Below are positions 48,192-59,600 of a DNA stretch of 64,000 nt, in pieces. Below the pieces are notes generated by a model that worked only from the letters and a program-made list of their open reading frames with translations, was not told the origin of the DNA and did not search any database. Position 1 is the stretch's first letter. Each line of letters opens with the position of its first letter. The DNA is from Betaproteobacteria bacterium (GTDB taxonomy: Bacteria; Pseudomonadota; Gammaproteobacteria; Burkholderiales; Usitatibacteraceae), in contig JADKJR010000013.1 of the NCBI GenBank assembly GCA_016720925.1, positions 52,243 to 116,242 of the forward strand. Direction: 5' to 3'. A program made the translations under genes and the position numbers.

Positions 48192-48875
48192 TTATTTCTT
48201 TTTTGCAGGTGCGGTTGGTGCCGTGGGAGCGGTCACTGCGGCGACTGGCTTGCTGGCAGCACGCGCATTCGCAAGCAGCTGATCAACATTCGCAAACAAT
48301 TGCTCGGATCCTCCCTCCAACAGGAAGCGGCCATTGACCGCGACGGCAGGCGTGGATTGGACCTTGTAATCACTGCTCATCCTGCGCGCACGATTGATTT
48401 TGTTTTGCACTGAGAAGGAGCGTTGCATTTCTTCATATTTCTTGGTGTCGACACCCTGTTTTTCCAGCCACTTGTTGAGTGTTGCAGGATTGCCAAGCAT
48501 CACATTTTCGAGGTTTGCTGCATCAAAAAGCTTTTGATGCAGTTTTTCCTGCAGGCCCATGGCTTCCAGTGTGTAGAAGATCGGCGCGCTGTCGATACCG
48601 CGAACCGCAAATGCCGCAGGAACACGTTTTACCTTCACGTCGGCGGGCTGTTTGGCCATCCATTCGGCCAGCCGCGGCTCGAGGTTTGCACAGTGTATGC
48701 AGCCATAGGCGAAGAATTCCAGCACCTCAAGCTTGCCGTCGTTTTCGACCGGCTGCGGCGGGTTCAGAGGAATCACATCACGCGGACCGCCCTGAGCGAG
48801 CGCATTGCCAATGGCAAATGCAGCGACAAGCGCAATGCTGGCGCGCTGAATCCAGATTTTAAAAGTCATATTCAT
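48192..48875 (-). CDS. dsbA: thiol:disulfide interchange protein DsbA
   Basis: Signal peptide and active site FFAYGCIHCANLEP. Has an unusual Ala/Pro/Thr/Lys C-terminal tail (VAAVTAPTAPTAPAKKK). Confidence 0.85.
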   Translation of the reverse strand: MNMTFKIWIQRASIALVAAFAIGNALAQGGPRDVIPLNPPQPVENDGKLEVLEFFAYGCIHCANLEPRLAEWMAKQPADVKVKRVPAAFAVRGIDSAPIFYTLEAMGLQEKLHQKLFDAANLENVMLGNPATLNKWLEKQGVDTKKYEEMQRSFSVQNKINRARRMSSDYKVQSTPAVAVNGRFLLEGGSEQLFANVDQLLANARAASKPVAAVTAPTAPTAPAKKK

Positions 48876-48899
48876 CCTGTTGAGCTTAATGGCAGGGGG

Positions 48900-49586
48900 T
48901 TAGTCGGAACTTTTTACAACGGCGGCGGCAATACTGCCTTGAGACAGCGTTGCCTTGATTCTGTTCACTTCGTCCATGCTTTTGAAGGGGCCGAGTCGCA
49001 CTCGATATAACGTTCCCTTGTCGGGCAAGTTGACAGGCCGGACAATCGCCTCAAATCCGGCGAATGCAACCTTGGCTTTCATGTTATCGGCGTCGGTCTG
49101 GCTCTGAAAGGCGCCCGCTTGCAGGTAGAAAATTTCGCCGCTGGCGGGTTTCACATCCGGCTTGGCGTCGGGTTTCGAGACCGGTTTCTGCTCCGGCGCG
49201 GTGCGCGCCGCCGGTTCAACGAATTTGGGCGCGCTTGCCGCCTCAACTTTGGGACCCGTCTTGCCACCCTTGTCGCTTTTGTCACCAGGTAATATTTGAT
49301 AAAACTCGAAGCGCGGCTTTTCCGCTTCGCCCTTGAAAACGGGGGGCGGGGAAGTGTCTGGCGCGGCCAATGTTCTGGATGGAATTGTCGGCAGCGCTTC
49401 GATCGGCCGCGATTTCTCAATAAATGGATTGTTGGCGCGATTCAACCAGATCGCGAGTCCCAGCGCCAAGCCGATACCGAGCAGCAAACCGATGATGATG
49501 CCGATAAACATCGGATTCATCCCACGCTTCTTGCCGCCGTCACCACCGTCGGTCCGCGATCCCGCAGGTTTGTAATCCCTGGCCAT
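48900..49586 (-). CDS. SPOR domain-containing cell-division protein
   Basis: Single TM (MFIGIIIGLLLGIGLALGLAIWL), a Pro/Lys-rich linker and a C-terminal SPOR-like FYLQAGAFQSQTDADNMKAKVAFAGFEA...YRVRLGPF. Confidence 0.75.
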   Translation of the reverse strand: MARDYKPAGSRTDGGDGGKKRGMNPMFIGIIIGLLLGIGLALGLAIWLNRANNPFIEKSRPIEALPTIPSRTLAAPDTSPPPVFKGEAEKPRFEFYQILPGDKSDKGGKTGPKVEAASAPKFVEPAARTAPEQKPVSKPDAKPDVKPASGEIFYLQAGAFQSQTDADNMKAKVAFAGFEAIVRPVNLPDKGTLYRVRLGPFKSMDEVNRIKATLSQGSIAAAVVKSSD

Positions 49587-49589
49587 GAT

Positions 49590-51260
49590 TTACATTTTCT
49601 CCGGCGCGGATACACCCAGCACCGCAAGCCCGTTCCTCAGAACATGCCGCGTCGAGACGATCAATGCCAGTCTTGCCAGTTTCAATTTTTCATCCTCAAC
49701 CAGAAACTTTTCAGCATTGTAGTAGCTGTGCAACTTGGCGGCGAGTTCGGCCAGATAGACGCAGACCAGGTGCGGCGAAAGTTCACGCGCGGCGGTGGCA
49801 AGCAACTCCGGAAAATCAGCCAGCGCGCGCAACAGGTCGGACTCGTATTTGCTGGTCAGCGGCGATAGATCCGCTCCCGTCAATGTCTCGGTATTTCCGC
49901 CCCACTGGCCCAGTACGCTGCAAATGCGCGCATGGGCATATTGCACGTAGTAGACCGGGTTTTCTTCCGAGCGGCTCTTGGCGAGGTCGATATCAAACGT
50001 GAGCTGCGAATCGGACTTGCGCATCACGAAAAAGTAACGCGTGGCGTCCCGGCCAACTTCGTCGATCAGATCGCTCAGTGTCACATAGCTGCCGGCGCGC
50101 TTCGAGATTTTTACCTCTTCGGCGCCGCGCATCACCGTGATCATCTGGTGCAACACGTAGTCCGGATAGCCTTTCGGCACGCCCATTTCCATCGCCTGCA
50201 GGCCCGCGCGCACGCGCGCAAGGGAGCCGTGGTGGTCGGCGCCCAGCTCGGTAATGGCGCGCGTGAAACCGCGTTCCCACTTGGTCACGTGGTACGCAAC
50301 GTCCGGCACAAAGTAGGTGTAGGTGCCGTCGGATTTCCGCATGACGCGATCTTTATCGTCACCATAGTCGGTGCTTTTGAGCCAGAGCGCGCCATCCTTT
50401 TCGTACGTGTGGCCCATCTTCACCAGATGATCGACCGTTTTTTCGACGAGACCATCGGTATAGAGCGATGACTCGAGAAAGTACATATCGAACTGCACGT
50501 CGAAGGCCTTGAGATCGAGGTCTTGCTCGTGACGTAATGCGGCCACGGCAAACTTGCGGACGGCATCAATGTCTTCGCCTTTGGTGTCGCGGGGATTCTC
50601 CTGCGCGTAGCGCTCGGCGATTTCCACGATGTATTGACCGCGATATCCATCCTCCGGAAACGCCGCATCAAGGCCTGTTTTCTCACGCAGGCGCGCCTGC
50701 ACGGACAAACCCAGATTGTTGATTTGTGCGCCCGCGTCGTTGTAGTAAAACTCGCGGCTGACGCTCCAGCCCTGCGCTTCCAGCAGACGCGCCAGCGTAT
50801 CACCGGTCGCCGCGCCGCGGCCATGGCCAACATGCAGCGGACCCGTGGGATTGGCTGAAACAAATTCAACCATTACCTTGCGCCCGCCGCCCGTCGTACT
50901 TTTACCGAAGTCATTAGGGTTGGCCAAAATCGCGGCGACCACTCGTGTTTCTGCAGCCGAGGCAAGCCGGATATTGATGAATCCGGGACCGGCAATTTCG
51001 GGCTGGCCTGCCAGCAATTCGGACGCGGGAAGTGCTGCAACGATTGCGACGGCGATATCGCGTGGCTTGACGCCAAGTTTCTTGGCGAGCTGCAATGCGC
51101 TGTTTACCGCGAAATGCCCGTGGTCGGGATTTTTCGGTTTTTCCACTTCAATGACGAACGGAACGGCATCATCGCGTAGTTCGGGATAGGCGACAAACAG
51201 GGCTTGCTGAAATAGCGCGGCAATGGCGCTCTTGTTGTCGATGAACGTGGCGGATGGCAT
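49590..51260 (-). CDS. argS: arginine--tRNA ligase
   Basis: 556 aa. HIGH motif [12 protein letters not shown]. ArgRS-type N-terminal and anticodon-binding regions, including the C-terminal ...[12 protein letters not shown]... Confidence 0.95.
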   Translation of the reverse strand: MPSATFIDNKSAIAALFQQALFVAYPELRDDAVPFVIEVEKPKNPDHGHFAVNSALQLAKKLGVKPRDIAVAIVAALPASELLAGQPEIAGPGFINIRLASAAETRVVAAILANPNDFGKSTTGGGRKVMVEFVSANPTGPLHVGHGRGAATGDTLARLLEAQGWSVSREFYYNDAGAQINNLGLSVQARLREKTGLDAAFPEDGYRGQYIVEIAERYAQENPRDTKGEDIDAVRKFAVAALRHEQDLDLKAFDVQFDMYFLESSLYTDGLVEKTVDHLVKMGHTYEKDGALWLKSTDYGDDKDRVMRKSDGTYTYFVPDVAYHVTKWERGFTRAITELGADHHGSLARVRAGLQAMEMGVPKGYPDYVLHQMITVMRGAEEVKISKRAGSYVTLSDLIDEVGRDATRYFFVMRKSDSQLTFDIDLAKSRSEENPVYYVQYAHARICSVLGQWGGNTETLTGADLSPLTSKYESDLLRALADFPELLATAARELSPHLVCVYLAELAAKLHSYYNAEKFLVEDEKLKLARLALIVSTRHVLRNGLAVLGVSAPEKM

Positions 51261-51360
51261 GCAGAATACTCAAAAGTAAGTCGGAAATTATAGCTGGAAG
51301 GGACGGTGAAAGCGACTAAATCCCGCGAAATCCACCCGGCGATAGCCCGCATAAATCACG

Positions 51361-51434
51361 AAAACACTAGCATTGGCGGGGCGTTATAGCCATTTATGCT
51401 CGAAGAAGCCCGTCAATACTGGAGTTTTGTTGTT
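51361..51434 (+). repeat. REP-like extragenic element, copy 6
   Basis: AAAACACTAGCATTGGCGGGGC / GTTATAGCCATTTATGCTCGAAGAA / GCCCGTCAATACTGGAGTTTTGTTGTTG. Lies between the priA stop (51499) and the argS start (51260). Confidence 0.7.
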
Positions 51435-51498
51435 GCCAATAGCTTCGTATCAATATGTTGCCAAGGTTCGCGAGCGGCTCATCCGGTTACGCCAACGT

Positions 51499-53718
51499 CT
51501 AGACGTCCAACGGATCCACATCGATCACCCACTTCACGGCACGCGAATCGTGCTCGCGCACCTTTGGCAGCCATTTCGACAGAAACTGTTGCAGCTCCAT
51601 CCGTGAACCCGCCTGCACCATTAACTGCTGCCGCTCAAAACCCGCCTTGCGCGAAAGTGGGGCCGCGACCGGATCCCAGACGTGCAGCGATGCGGCAGGC
51701 TGTGCGGATAGATATTGGCGCGCCTCATCAACCGCATGGCTCATGAATTCACGCAAGACGTCCTCGGCTTTCGCCTCCGCTCGCAGCAGTGCGAGAAACG
51801 AATACGGCGGCAGATTCGCGAGTTTTCTCTCGGCCATCGCCATTTCCGCAAACCGCGGATGATCCTGTGCGGCAACGGCCTGATACAGCGGATGGGTGGC
51901 GAAGCGCGTCTGGATCAGCACGCGTCCAGGCAAATCGGCGCGTCCCGCGCGTCCGGCCACCTGCATAAGCTGGGCAACCATGCGCTCGGCAGCGCGGAAA
52001 TCCGCCGAGAACATCGCGCCATCGGCATTTACTACACCGACCAGCGTGATTCGCGGAAAGTCGTGGCCCTTGGAAAGCATTTGCGTACCGACCAGCACAT
52101 CGAGTTCACCGGCAGCGGCCGCATCGAATATTTTCTCTGCCGACCCGCGCCGTCGCGTGGAATCGCGATCGACGCGTGCAATGCGCGCGTCTGGCAAATG
52201 CGCGCGGAGCGCAATCTCGACGCGTTCAGTACCCTGTCCGGCAGGGATCAATTCATGGCTGCCACAATCTCTACACGTGCCCGGGACGCGGGTTTGATAT
52301 CCGCAGTGGTGACACTTCAGACGCCTGTCCCGCTGATGAAAAACCAGCCGCGCGCTGCAACGCGTGCAATCCGGCATCCAGCCACAGTGCGCACAAACCA
52401 GCGCCGGCGAATAACCGCGACGATTGATGAATACCAACGCTTGTTCGCCGCCTTTGACGGTGTCTTCCAGCGCCCTGATCAGCGTGGCCGACAACCCGTC
52501 TTCAGCGCGCTCGCCATTCAGGTCGATGAAATCAATTCGCGGCAATGCCGCATTAGGCGCGGCGCGCTGGTTGAGTCTCAACCCGGTGAATCGTCCCCGT
52601 GCGACGTTTTGCAAACTCTCCAGCGACGGCGTGGCCGAGCCCAGGACGACAGGACATTCCGCCTGCTGTGCACGGAACACGGCCACGTCGCGCGCCGAAT
52701 AGCGGAATCCTTCCTGTTGCTTGAAAGAGGCGTCATGCTCTTCATCCACAATGATGATGCCCAGGCGCGGCAGGGACGTAAACACGGCCAGACGCGTACC
52801 GATGATGATATCGGCGCGCCCTGAATGAGCGTCGAGGTAGCCGGACAATCGCGGCACGTCCGCGAGGCCGCTATGTTGCTGCACGATGCACGCGTCGGGA
52901 AAGCGCGATTCCAATTGGCGGAGAAACTGCGGTGTGAGATTGATTTCCGGCATCAGCACCATTGCCTGCTTGCCACGATTCACTGCCGCCGCAATGACAT
53001 GCAGATAAACCTCGGTCTTGCCGCTGCCCGTGATGCCTGAGAGCAGAAACGGCGCGAACACGCCCAACTTGTCAGTGACTGCGCCAACGGCCTCCGACTG
53101 TTCACGATTCGGCGTGGGACCGGGAACGAAAGCTCGCGGTAGTGAAGCCGCAATTGGCGGCGGTTTATCAGCATCCAGTTCATGCACAGCGACCCAGCCT
53201 TTCGCCTGGAGCGTACGCAGGATGCCGGCAGCGCGCACATGGCGCGATTGCAGCGCCTTCACCGTTTGCGGCGCCGGCTCAACGGCGGCCAATATTGCAC
53301 GTTGCGCAACGGCGCGCGCGGACACTGAGGGCAGCGCTTCACGACCGGCGCCGGTAATGGTCACGACATGATTTTTTCTTCGCGCCACCAGCCGCATCGC
53401 GCGCATGGCGGGCGGCAGTCCATTCAATGCGATTGGACCAAACGGGTGATGGTAGTAATTCTGGCAAAAGCGGATCAACGCGAAATCGTCCGCGGAAAAT
53501 TTCGGCAATCCACGCTGGATAAACCTGACCGGCTTCAGCTTGTCCCGAGCGACCTCGGAAACGTCGCTGATGCCGACGATGACACCGCTAAACAACTTGT
53601 TGCCGAATGGCACGACGACCAGCCTGCCAATATCGCTTTCGGTCACATTCGCGGCAAAGAAATCGAAATTTTTCGCAATCGGAAGATCCAATGCCACTTG
53701 GACAATATCCAAGACCAT
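51499..53718 (-). CDS. priA: primosomal replication restart helicase PriA
   Basis: Walker A GITGSGKTEVY, DEEH box VDEEHD and Cys-rich zinc region CAHCGW...CTRCS...CHHCG...CRDCGS. Confidence 0.9.
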   Translation of the reverse strand: MVLDIVQVALDLPIAKNFDFFAANVTESDIGRLVVVPFGNKLFSGVIVGISDVSEVARDKLKPVRFIQRGLPKFSADDFALIRFCQNYYHHPFGPIALNGLPPAMRAMRLVARRKNHVVTITGAGREALPSVSARAVAQRAILAAVEPAPQTVKALQSRHVRAAGILRTLQAKGWVAVHELDADKPPPIAASLPRAFVPGPTPNREQSEAVGAVTDKLGVFAPFLLSGITGSGKTEVYLHVIAAAVNRGKQAMVLMPEINLTPQFLRQLESRFPDACIVQQHSGLADVPRLSGYLDAHSGRADIIIGTRLAVFTSLPRLGIIIVDEEHDASFKQQEGFRYSARDVAVFRAQQAECPVVLGSATPSLESLQNVARGRFTGLRLNQRAAPNAALPRIDFIDLNGERAEDGLSATLIRALEDTVKGGEQALVFINRRGYSPALVCAHCGWMPDCTRCSARLVFHQRDRRLKCHHCGYQTRVPGTCRDCGSHELIPAGQGTERVEIALRAHLPDARIARVDRDSTRRRGSAEKIFDAAAAGELDVLVGTQMLSKGHDFPRITLVGVVNADGAMFSADFRAAERMVAQLMQVAGRAGRADLPGRVLIQTRFATHPLYQAVAAQDHPRFAEMAMAERKLANLPPYSFLALLRAEAKAEDVLREFMSHAVDEARQYLSAQPAASLHVWDPVAAPLSRKAGFERQQLMVQAGSRMELQQFLSKWLPKVREHDSRAVKWVIDVDPLDV

Positions 53719-53778
53719 ATCAGCGCAAACTCTCTAGCGGGGCTGCCGGAAACCCGCATGGATATTGGGTCTCCAGCC

Positions 53779-53787
53779 TGTGGATAA
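53779..53787. promoter_or_regulatory. perfect DnaA-box 9-mer upstream of priA
   Basis: TGTGGATAA is the reverse complement of TTATCCACA. It lies 61 bp upstream of the priA start, next to a roughly 120-bp AT-rich stretch. Weaker matches TGTGCATAG (53791) and TGTGCATAA (53956). Confidence 0.3.
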
Positions 53788-54017
53788 CTTTGTGCATAGG
53801 TCTGGTTGCAACAATGATTTCTTGCGGCATACTCGTAAAGGGCCAGGATCTTGAATGCAGGAATACATTTAATTTTCATTAAATACAAGTATTTATAACG
53901 TCTTTCTGTCAAGCGTCACGAAATACCGCCGCTATTTTTGGAGAACAAGCTTTCTGTGCATAAGCAAGCCTGCAACGCATCCAAATTCAAAATATTTTTC
54001 TTGACAAGGCCCTCTGC

Positions 54018-55082
54018 TTAAACACTAGTGCTGGCGCGGTGAACAGCGTTAACGAGCGCTTCCACATGCTCCGGGTCAGTAAATTGCGAGATGCCGTGAC
54101 CAAGATTAAAAACATGCCCCGATGCAATATTGTCGAAGGCAAATTCGGCCAGAACGCGCCTCGCTTCGCGTTCAATGGTGGCCTTATCGCCGAACAATGT
54201 ATTCGGGTCGAGGTTGCCCTGCAACGCAACTTTGTGCCCGACACGTTTCTTTGCCTGCGCCAGATCGACCGTCCAATCGAGCCCCAACGCATCGGCACCG
54301 ATGTCGGCCATCGGTTCCAGCCACAACCCGCCGCCTTTGGTAAAAAAAATGCGCGGCACGATTCGCCCATCGTTGGTTCGCTTCAATCCCGACATGACGC
54401 GTTCTGCATATGCCAGCGAGAATTCGCGATAGGCATTGTGCGCAAGCGTTCCGCCCCAGGTATCGAAGAGCATGACGGCCTGCGCGCCTGCGTCAATCTG
54501 CGCGTTCAAGTATGCAATCACGCTCCTAGTATTTTTTTCGAGGATGGTGTGCAGCAGATCGGGGCGCTGATAGAGCATTGTTTTCACGCGGCGAAAATCA
54601 TCCGATCCACCACCTTCGATCATGTAGCAGGCCAACGTAAACGGGCTGCCCGAGAAGCCGATCAGTGGCACCCGGCCATTCAATGCCCGGCGAATTTGCG
54701 ATACCGCGTCGGTGACATAGGAAAGCTGCGACATATCCGCGACCGGCAGTTTTTTCACATCCTCTTCCGTGCGAACAGTGCGTTCAAACTTGGGGCCTTC
54801 TCCCTCCACAAAGTACAGCCCCAAGCCCATCGCATCCGGAATGGTGAGGATGTCGGAAAATAGTATCGCCGCGTCGAGCGCAAAACGGTCGAGCGGCTGC
54901 AGCGTTACTTCGGTGCAATAGTCCGGGCTTTTTGCAAGCCCCAGAAAACTGCCCGCGCGTTTGCGGGTGGCGTTGTATTCCGGCAAATAACGGCCCGCCT
55001 GACGCATGATCCAGATGGGGGTATAGGGCGTTGGCTCGCGCATCAGTGCGCGCAGGAAAGTGTCGTTTTGGATTGGAGACAT
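54018..55082 (-). CDS. hemE: uroporphyrinogen decarboxylase
   Basis: [36 protein letters not shown] signature. 354 aa. Confidence 0.9.
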   Translation of the reverse strand: MSPIQNDTFLRALMREPTPYTPIWIMRQAGRYLPEYNATRKRAGSFLGLAKSPDYCTEVTLQPLDRFALDAAILFSDILTIPDAMGLGLYFVEGEGPKFERTVRTEEDVKKLPVADMSQLSYVTDAVSQIRRALNGRVPLIGFSGSPFTLACYMIEGGGSDDFRRVKTMLYQRPDLLHTILEKNTRSVIAYLNAQIDAGAQAVMLFDTWGGTLAHNAYREFSLAYAERVMSGLKRTNDGRIVPRIFFTKGGGLWLEPMADIGADALGLDWTVDLAQAKKRVGHKVALQGNLDPNTLFGDKATIEREARRVLAEFAFDNIASGHVFNLGHGISQFTDPEHVEALVNAVHRASTSV

Positions 55083-55100
55083 GAGAATTTGATGTGGTAG

Positions 55101-55130
55101 AAACGAAAAGGCGCGACCGTTAGTCGCGCC
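55101..55130 (-). terminator. rho-independent terminator after gltD
   Basis: The minus strand reads GGCGCGAC-taacg-GTCGCGCC followed by TTTTCGTTTC, a perfect 8-bp GC stem. Lies 46 bp after the gltD stop. Confidence 0.6.
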
Positions 55131-55175
55131 CCGCATTATCTCACTGCAACCGCAGCCGCGCGGTCTAAAATTCCT

Positions 55176-56615
55176 CTATCGCGGCAATTCGCTCGACCCC
55201 ATCAAATACTCGTCGACCGAACGTGCGCACTGCCGCCCCTCGCGAATCGCCCATACCACCAGTGATTGACCCCGGCGCATGTCGCCAGCGGCAAATACCT
55301 TCGGATTCGTGGTCTGGTAAGCGCCGTTGCCTTCGGTTGTCGCCCTGACGTTGTCGCGCGGGTCTTTCTCGACGCCCAAGGCGCCAAACTGTTCCAGCAA
55401 TCCCTTTTGCACTGGCCCCATGAATCCCATCGCCAGCAACACCAGGTCGGCCTTCATCTCAAATTCCGAGCCGGGAACTTCCTGCATCTTTCCTTCTTTC
55501 CATTCGACTCGAACCGCCTTAAGTTTTTCAACTTTGCCATTCTTGCCAATGAACGCCTTGGTCGCGACTGACCAGTCGCGCTCGCAGCCCTCTTCGTGAG
55601 ACGAGGAAGTGCGCAGCTTGATCGGCCAGTAAGGCCACACCATCGGCTTGTTTTCCTGCTCCGGAGGTTGAGGCAACAATTCAAACTGAGTAATTGATTT
55701 GGCGCCATGACGATTGGATGTGCCGACACAATCACTACCCGTGTCGCCGCCGCCGATCACCACCACATGCTTGCCGGTCGCCATCAATTGACCCGGCACC
55801 TTATCCCCTGCCACCACCCTGTTTTGCAGTGGCAGAAAATCCATCGCGAAATGAATGCCCTCCAGTTCCCGCCCAGGCACCGGGAGATCGCGCGGCCATT
55901 CGGCGCCACCGGAAAGCACGACGGCATCAAAATCCTGCATCAGTACGTGAGCAGGCGTATCAACACCGACATGCTGATTGACGCGAAACTGGACACCTTC
56001 CGCCTCCATCTGCTCAATTCGGCGATCGATATGCGATTTCTCCATCTTGAAATCCGGGATACCGTATCGCAGAAGTCCGCCGATGCGGTCCGCTTTTTCA
56101 AATACGATCACATCATGACCAACACGTCCAAGCTGTTGCGCTGCCGCGAGACCCGCTGGCCCAGAACCAACCACGGCAACTCTCTTGCCGGTTTTGCGCT
56201 TGGGCGGCAAAGGCGTGACCCAGCCCATTTCCCAGCCTTTGTCGATAATGGCGTGCTCGATGGATTTGATTCCTACCGCATCGCTATTGATATTCAACGT
56301 ACATGCCGCTTCACACGGCGCGGGGCACACGCGACCGGTGAATTCCGGAAAGTTGTTGGTCGAATGCAAATTATCCAGAGCACCTTGCCAATTTTGTCGA
56401 TAAACCAGATCGTTGAAATCCGGAATGATGTTATTGACCGGACAACCATTCTGGCAAAACGGGATGCCGCAATCCATGCAGCGGGCACCCTGCGTCTTCG
56501 CGTCGTCGTCATTCAGGTGTAGTGTGAATTCGCGATAATTCTTCAGTCGCTCGGCCGGCGCAATCGATGCCTCGCTCAGTCGTTGATATTCCAGAAATCC
56601 TGTTGGCTTGCCCAT
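55176..56615 (-). CDS. gltD: glutamate synthase small (beta) subunit
   Basis: Fe-S Cys cluster [14 protein letters not shown] and dinucleotide site [14 protein letters not shown]. 479 aa, directly downstream of gltB. Confidence 0.9.
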   Translation of the reverse strand: MGKPTGFLEYQRLSEASIAPAERLKNYREFTLHLNDDDAKTQGARCMDCGIPFCQNGCPVNNIIPDFNDLVYRQNWQGALDNLHSTNNFPEFTGRVCPAPCEAACTLNINSDAVGIKSIEHAIIDKGWEMGWVTPLPPKRKTGKRVAVVGSGPAGLAAAQQLGRVGHDVIVFEKADRIGGLLRYGIPDFKMEKSHIDRRIEQMEAEGVQFRVNQHVGVDTPAHVLMQDFDAVVLSGGAEWPRDLPVPGRELEGIHFAMDFLPLQNRVVAGDKVPGQLMATGKHVVVIGGGDTGSDCVGTSNRHGAKSITQFELLPQPPEQENKPMVWPYWPIKLRTSSSHEEGCERDWSVATKAFIGKNGKVEKLKAVRVEWKEGKMQEVPGSEFEMKADLVLLAMGFMGPVQKGLLEQFGALGVEKDPRDNVRATTEGNGAYQTTNPKVFAAGDMRRGQSLVVWAIREGRQCARSVDEYLMGSSELPR

Positions 56616-56685
56616 GCAATTCTTTCGCGCTGTCGTTGCGCATCAATCGCGCAGCGGTTGTTATGGAGGAGGCTGACGTGAATCG

Positions 56686-59600
56686 TCAGGCGGCCTTTTT
56701 CTTGAGCGCCGCAATGTTTTTCTCGGCTAGTTGCTTCAAGGCCCGGCGGTATTCGGTCGGCATCACTTTCACGAAGGTTCGCGACCACTTTGGCCAATTT
56801 CCGAGCATGTCGACGGCGCGCTGGCTGCCCGTGTATGTGGCATGGTTTTCAATCAGGGATTTCAGTAGCGCGCTATCCGATTTCCCCAAGTGCGATCCAG
56901 AAGTGACTGCATCGGTGATTTGCTCAAGTTCCACCATGGCGAGATTGCAGCGGTTCCTGAAACTGCCATCCTCATCCTGCACATAAGCAACGCCACCCGA
57001 CATGCCAGCGGCGAAGTTGCGGCCCGTTGGCCCCAACACCACGACTGTTCCACCGGTCATGTATTCACATGCGTGATCACCCGTACCCTCCACCACGGCC
57101 GAGGCGCCGGAATTGCGCACGCAAAATCGCTCACCCGCGACGCCGCGAAAATATGATTCCCCCGCCGTCGCACCATACATGACCGTATTACCAACGATGA
57201 TGTTCTCCATGGGGTCCCCACGGAATTCGGCCAGCGGCTTGACAATGATGTGTCCGCCACTCATGCCTTTGCCAACGTAGTCGTTGGCCTGACCCGTCAA
57301 TTCGAGCGTGATGCCCCGAGCGAGAAATGCGCCAAAACTCTGCCCGGCCGTCCCAGTGAGCTTGATCGTGATCGTGCCCTGCGGCAAGCCTTCGTTGCCG
57401 AAACGCCTGGCAACTTCGCCCGACAGCATTGCGCCCACTGTTCGGTTGAGATTGCGAATGGTTGCTTCAATGGCAACTTTCTCGCGTTTTTCCAGTGCCG
57501 GTTTCGCGCGCTCAATAAGCATATTGTCGAGCGCGCCAGTCAAGCCGTGATCCTGGGTTTCGCAATGGCGGCGAGCAACGTCGTTTGGCATGTCGGGCAG
57601 ATGAAAAATTCGCGAAAAATCCAGCCCCTTTGCCTTCCAGTGCGAAATGCCCTTCCGCGTCTCAAGCAAGTCGGCGCGACCGATCAGGTCATCGAACTTG
57701 CGAATGCCCATGCTAGCCATCAACTCGCGCACCTCCTCAGCGACAAAAAAGAAGAAGTTCACCACATGCTCCGGCTGCCCGGAAAATTTCTTGCGAAGCA
57801 CCGGGTCCTGTGTGGCGACGCCGACCGGGCAAGTATTCAAGTGGCATTTGCGCATCATGATGCAGCCTTCGACCACCAATGGTGCGGTGGCAAAACCGAA
57901 TTCATCCGCACCCAGCAATGCACCGATAATCACGTCACGACCGGTTTTCATTTGCCCATCAACCTGCACCGCGATGCGGCCACGCAGGCGATTCAGAACC
58001 AGTGTTTGCTGGGTTTCCGCCAGACCCAACTCCCCCGGTGTGCCCGCGTGCTTGATGGATGACACGGGCGACGCCCCGGTTCCGCCGTCGTGACCGGCAA
58101 TCGTGACGTGATCTGCTTTCGCTTTCGCGACTCCAGCCGCCACTGTCCCCACGCCAACTTCCGACACCAGCTTCACGGAGATCGAGGCCTGTGAATTACA
58201 GTTTTTAAGGTCGTGAATCAACTGCGCCAGATCTTCGATGGAATAAATATCGTGATGCGGCGGCGGAGAAATCAGTTCGACGCCGGGTGTCGCGAAACGT
58301 AACTTGCCGATGTACTCGGAGACCTTGTGTCCCGGGAGTTGACCACCTTCACCCGGTTTGGCGCCTTGTGCCATCTTTATCTGGATTTGATCGGCGGAAT
58401 TGAGGTATTCGGCGGTCACGCCAAAGCGTGCGGACGCAACCTGTTTGATCCGCGAACGCATTGAATCGCCTGGCAACAGGCGAATGTCCGTTTCCACGGC
58501 GTCGCCCAGTTTGCTCTTCATCGTTTCACCAGCCTTCAGCACGGGGATGAAACGCCGGGGATCTTCTCCACCTTCGCCCGTGTTCGACTTGCCGCCGATT
58601 CGATTCATTGCGACCGCCAGCGTCGCGTGTGCTTCAGTCGAAATGGAGCCAAGTGACATCGCACCCGTTGCAAATCGCTTGACGATTTCTTTGGCTGGTT
58701 CAATTTCCTCGATTGGAACCGGCGCACCAACAGACTTGATCTCAAACAAGCCGCGCAATGTCATGTGACGCCGCGTCTGATCATTGATGAGCTTCGCGTA
58801 CTCCTTGTAGGTCGAATATGAATTCGCTCTGGTGGAATGCTGCAATTTGGCGATCACGTCCGGCGTCCACATATGCTCTTCGCCACGCACACGATAGGCA
58901 TGTTCACCACCAGCGTCGAGTTGGGTACGTAACACAGGATCGTCACCAAACGCTTTTTGGTGCAGCCGCATCGCCTCTTCGGCAATCTCAAAGATACCAA
59001 TTCCTTCGACGTTGGTCGCAGTGCCGGTGAAATACTTGTTCACGAACTCCTTGGACAAGCCCACCGCCTCGAAAATCTGCGCGCCGCAGTAACTTTGATA
59101 GGTCGAGATGCCCATCTTCGACATTACTTTCAGCAAGCCTTTGGATATTGCCTTGATATATTTTTGCTCGGCTTCCTTCGGATCCACTCCGGGGAGGTAC
59201 TCGCGCATATTGTGAAGCGTCTCCAGCGCCAGATATGGATGCACGGCTGCAGCACCATAGCCGCCAAGCATGGCGAAATGGTGCACTTCACGGGCACTGC
59301 CTGTTTCCACCACCAACCCGGTTGATGTACGCAAGCCCTTCCGCACCAGATGCTGATGAACCGCGCCCACCGCAAGCAGCGCGGGAATCGCAACATTGTT
59401 CGTGTCGACCTTGCGATCGGTCACGATCAATATGTTGTAACCCAGACGCAAGGCATCTTCTGCATGTGCGCAAAGCGACGCAACCGCCGCCTCGATGCCT
59501 TCCGGTCCCCACGTGGCGGGGTAGGTAATGTCCAGTTCGTGGCTGCGAAAATGGTTGCCGGTAAACATATCGATATGGCGAATTTTCTCCATGTCCTCAG

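Noticed and set aside
53719-54017. Chromosomal replication origin (oriC) next to hemE
   Set aside because: There is only one perfect DnaA box and no array of boxes or 13-mer-type repeats. Neither dnaA/dnaN nor a skew analysis is available in this window. I kept it only as a low-interest regulatory observation.
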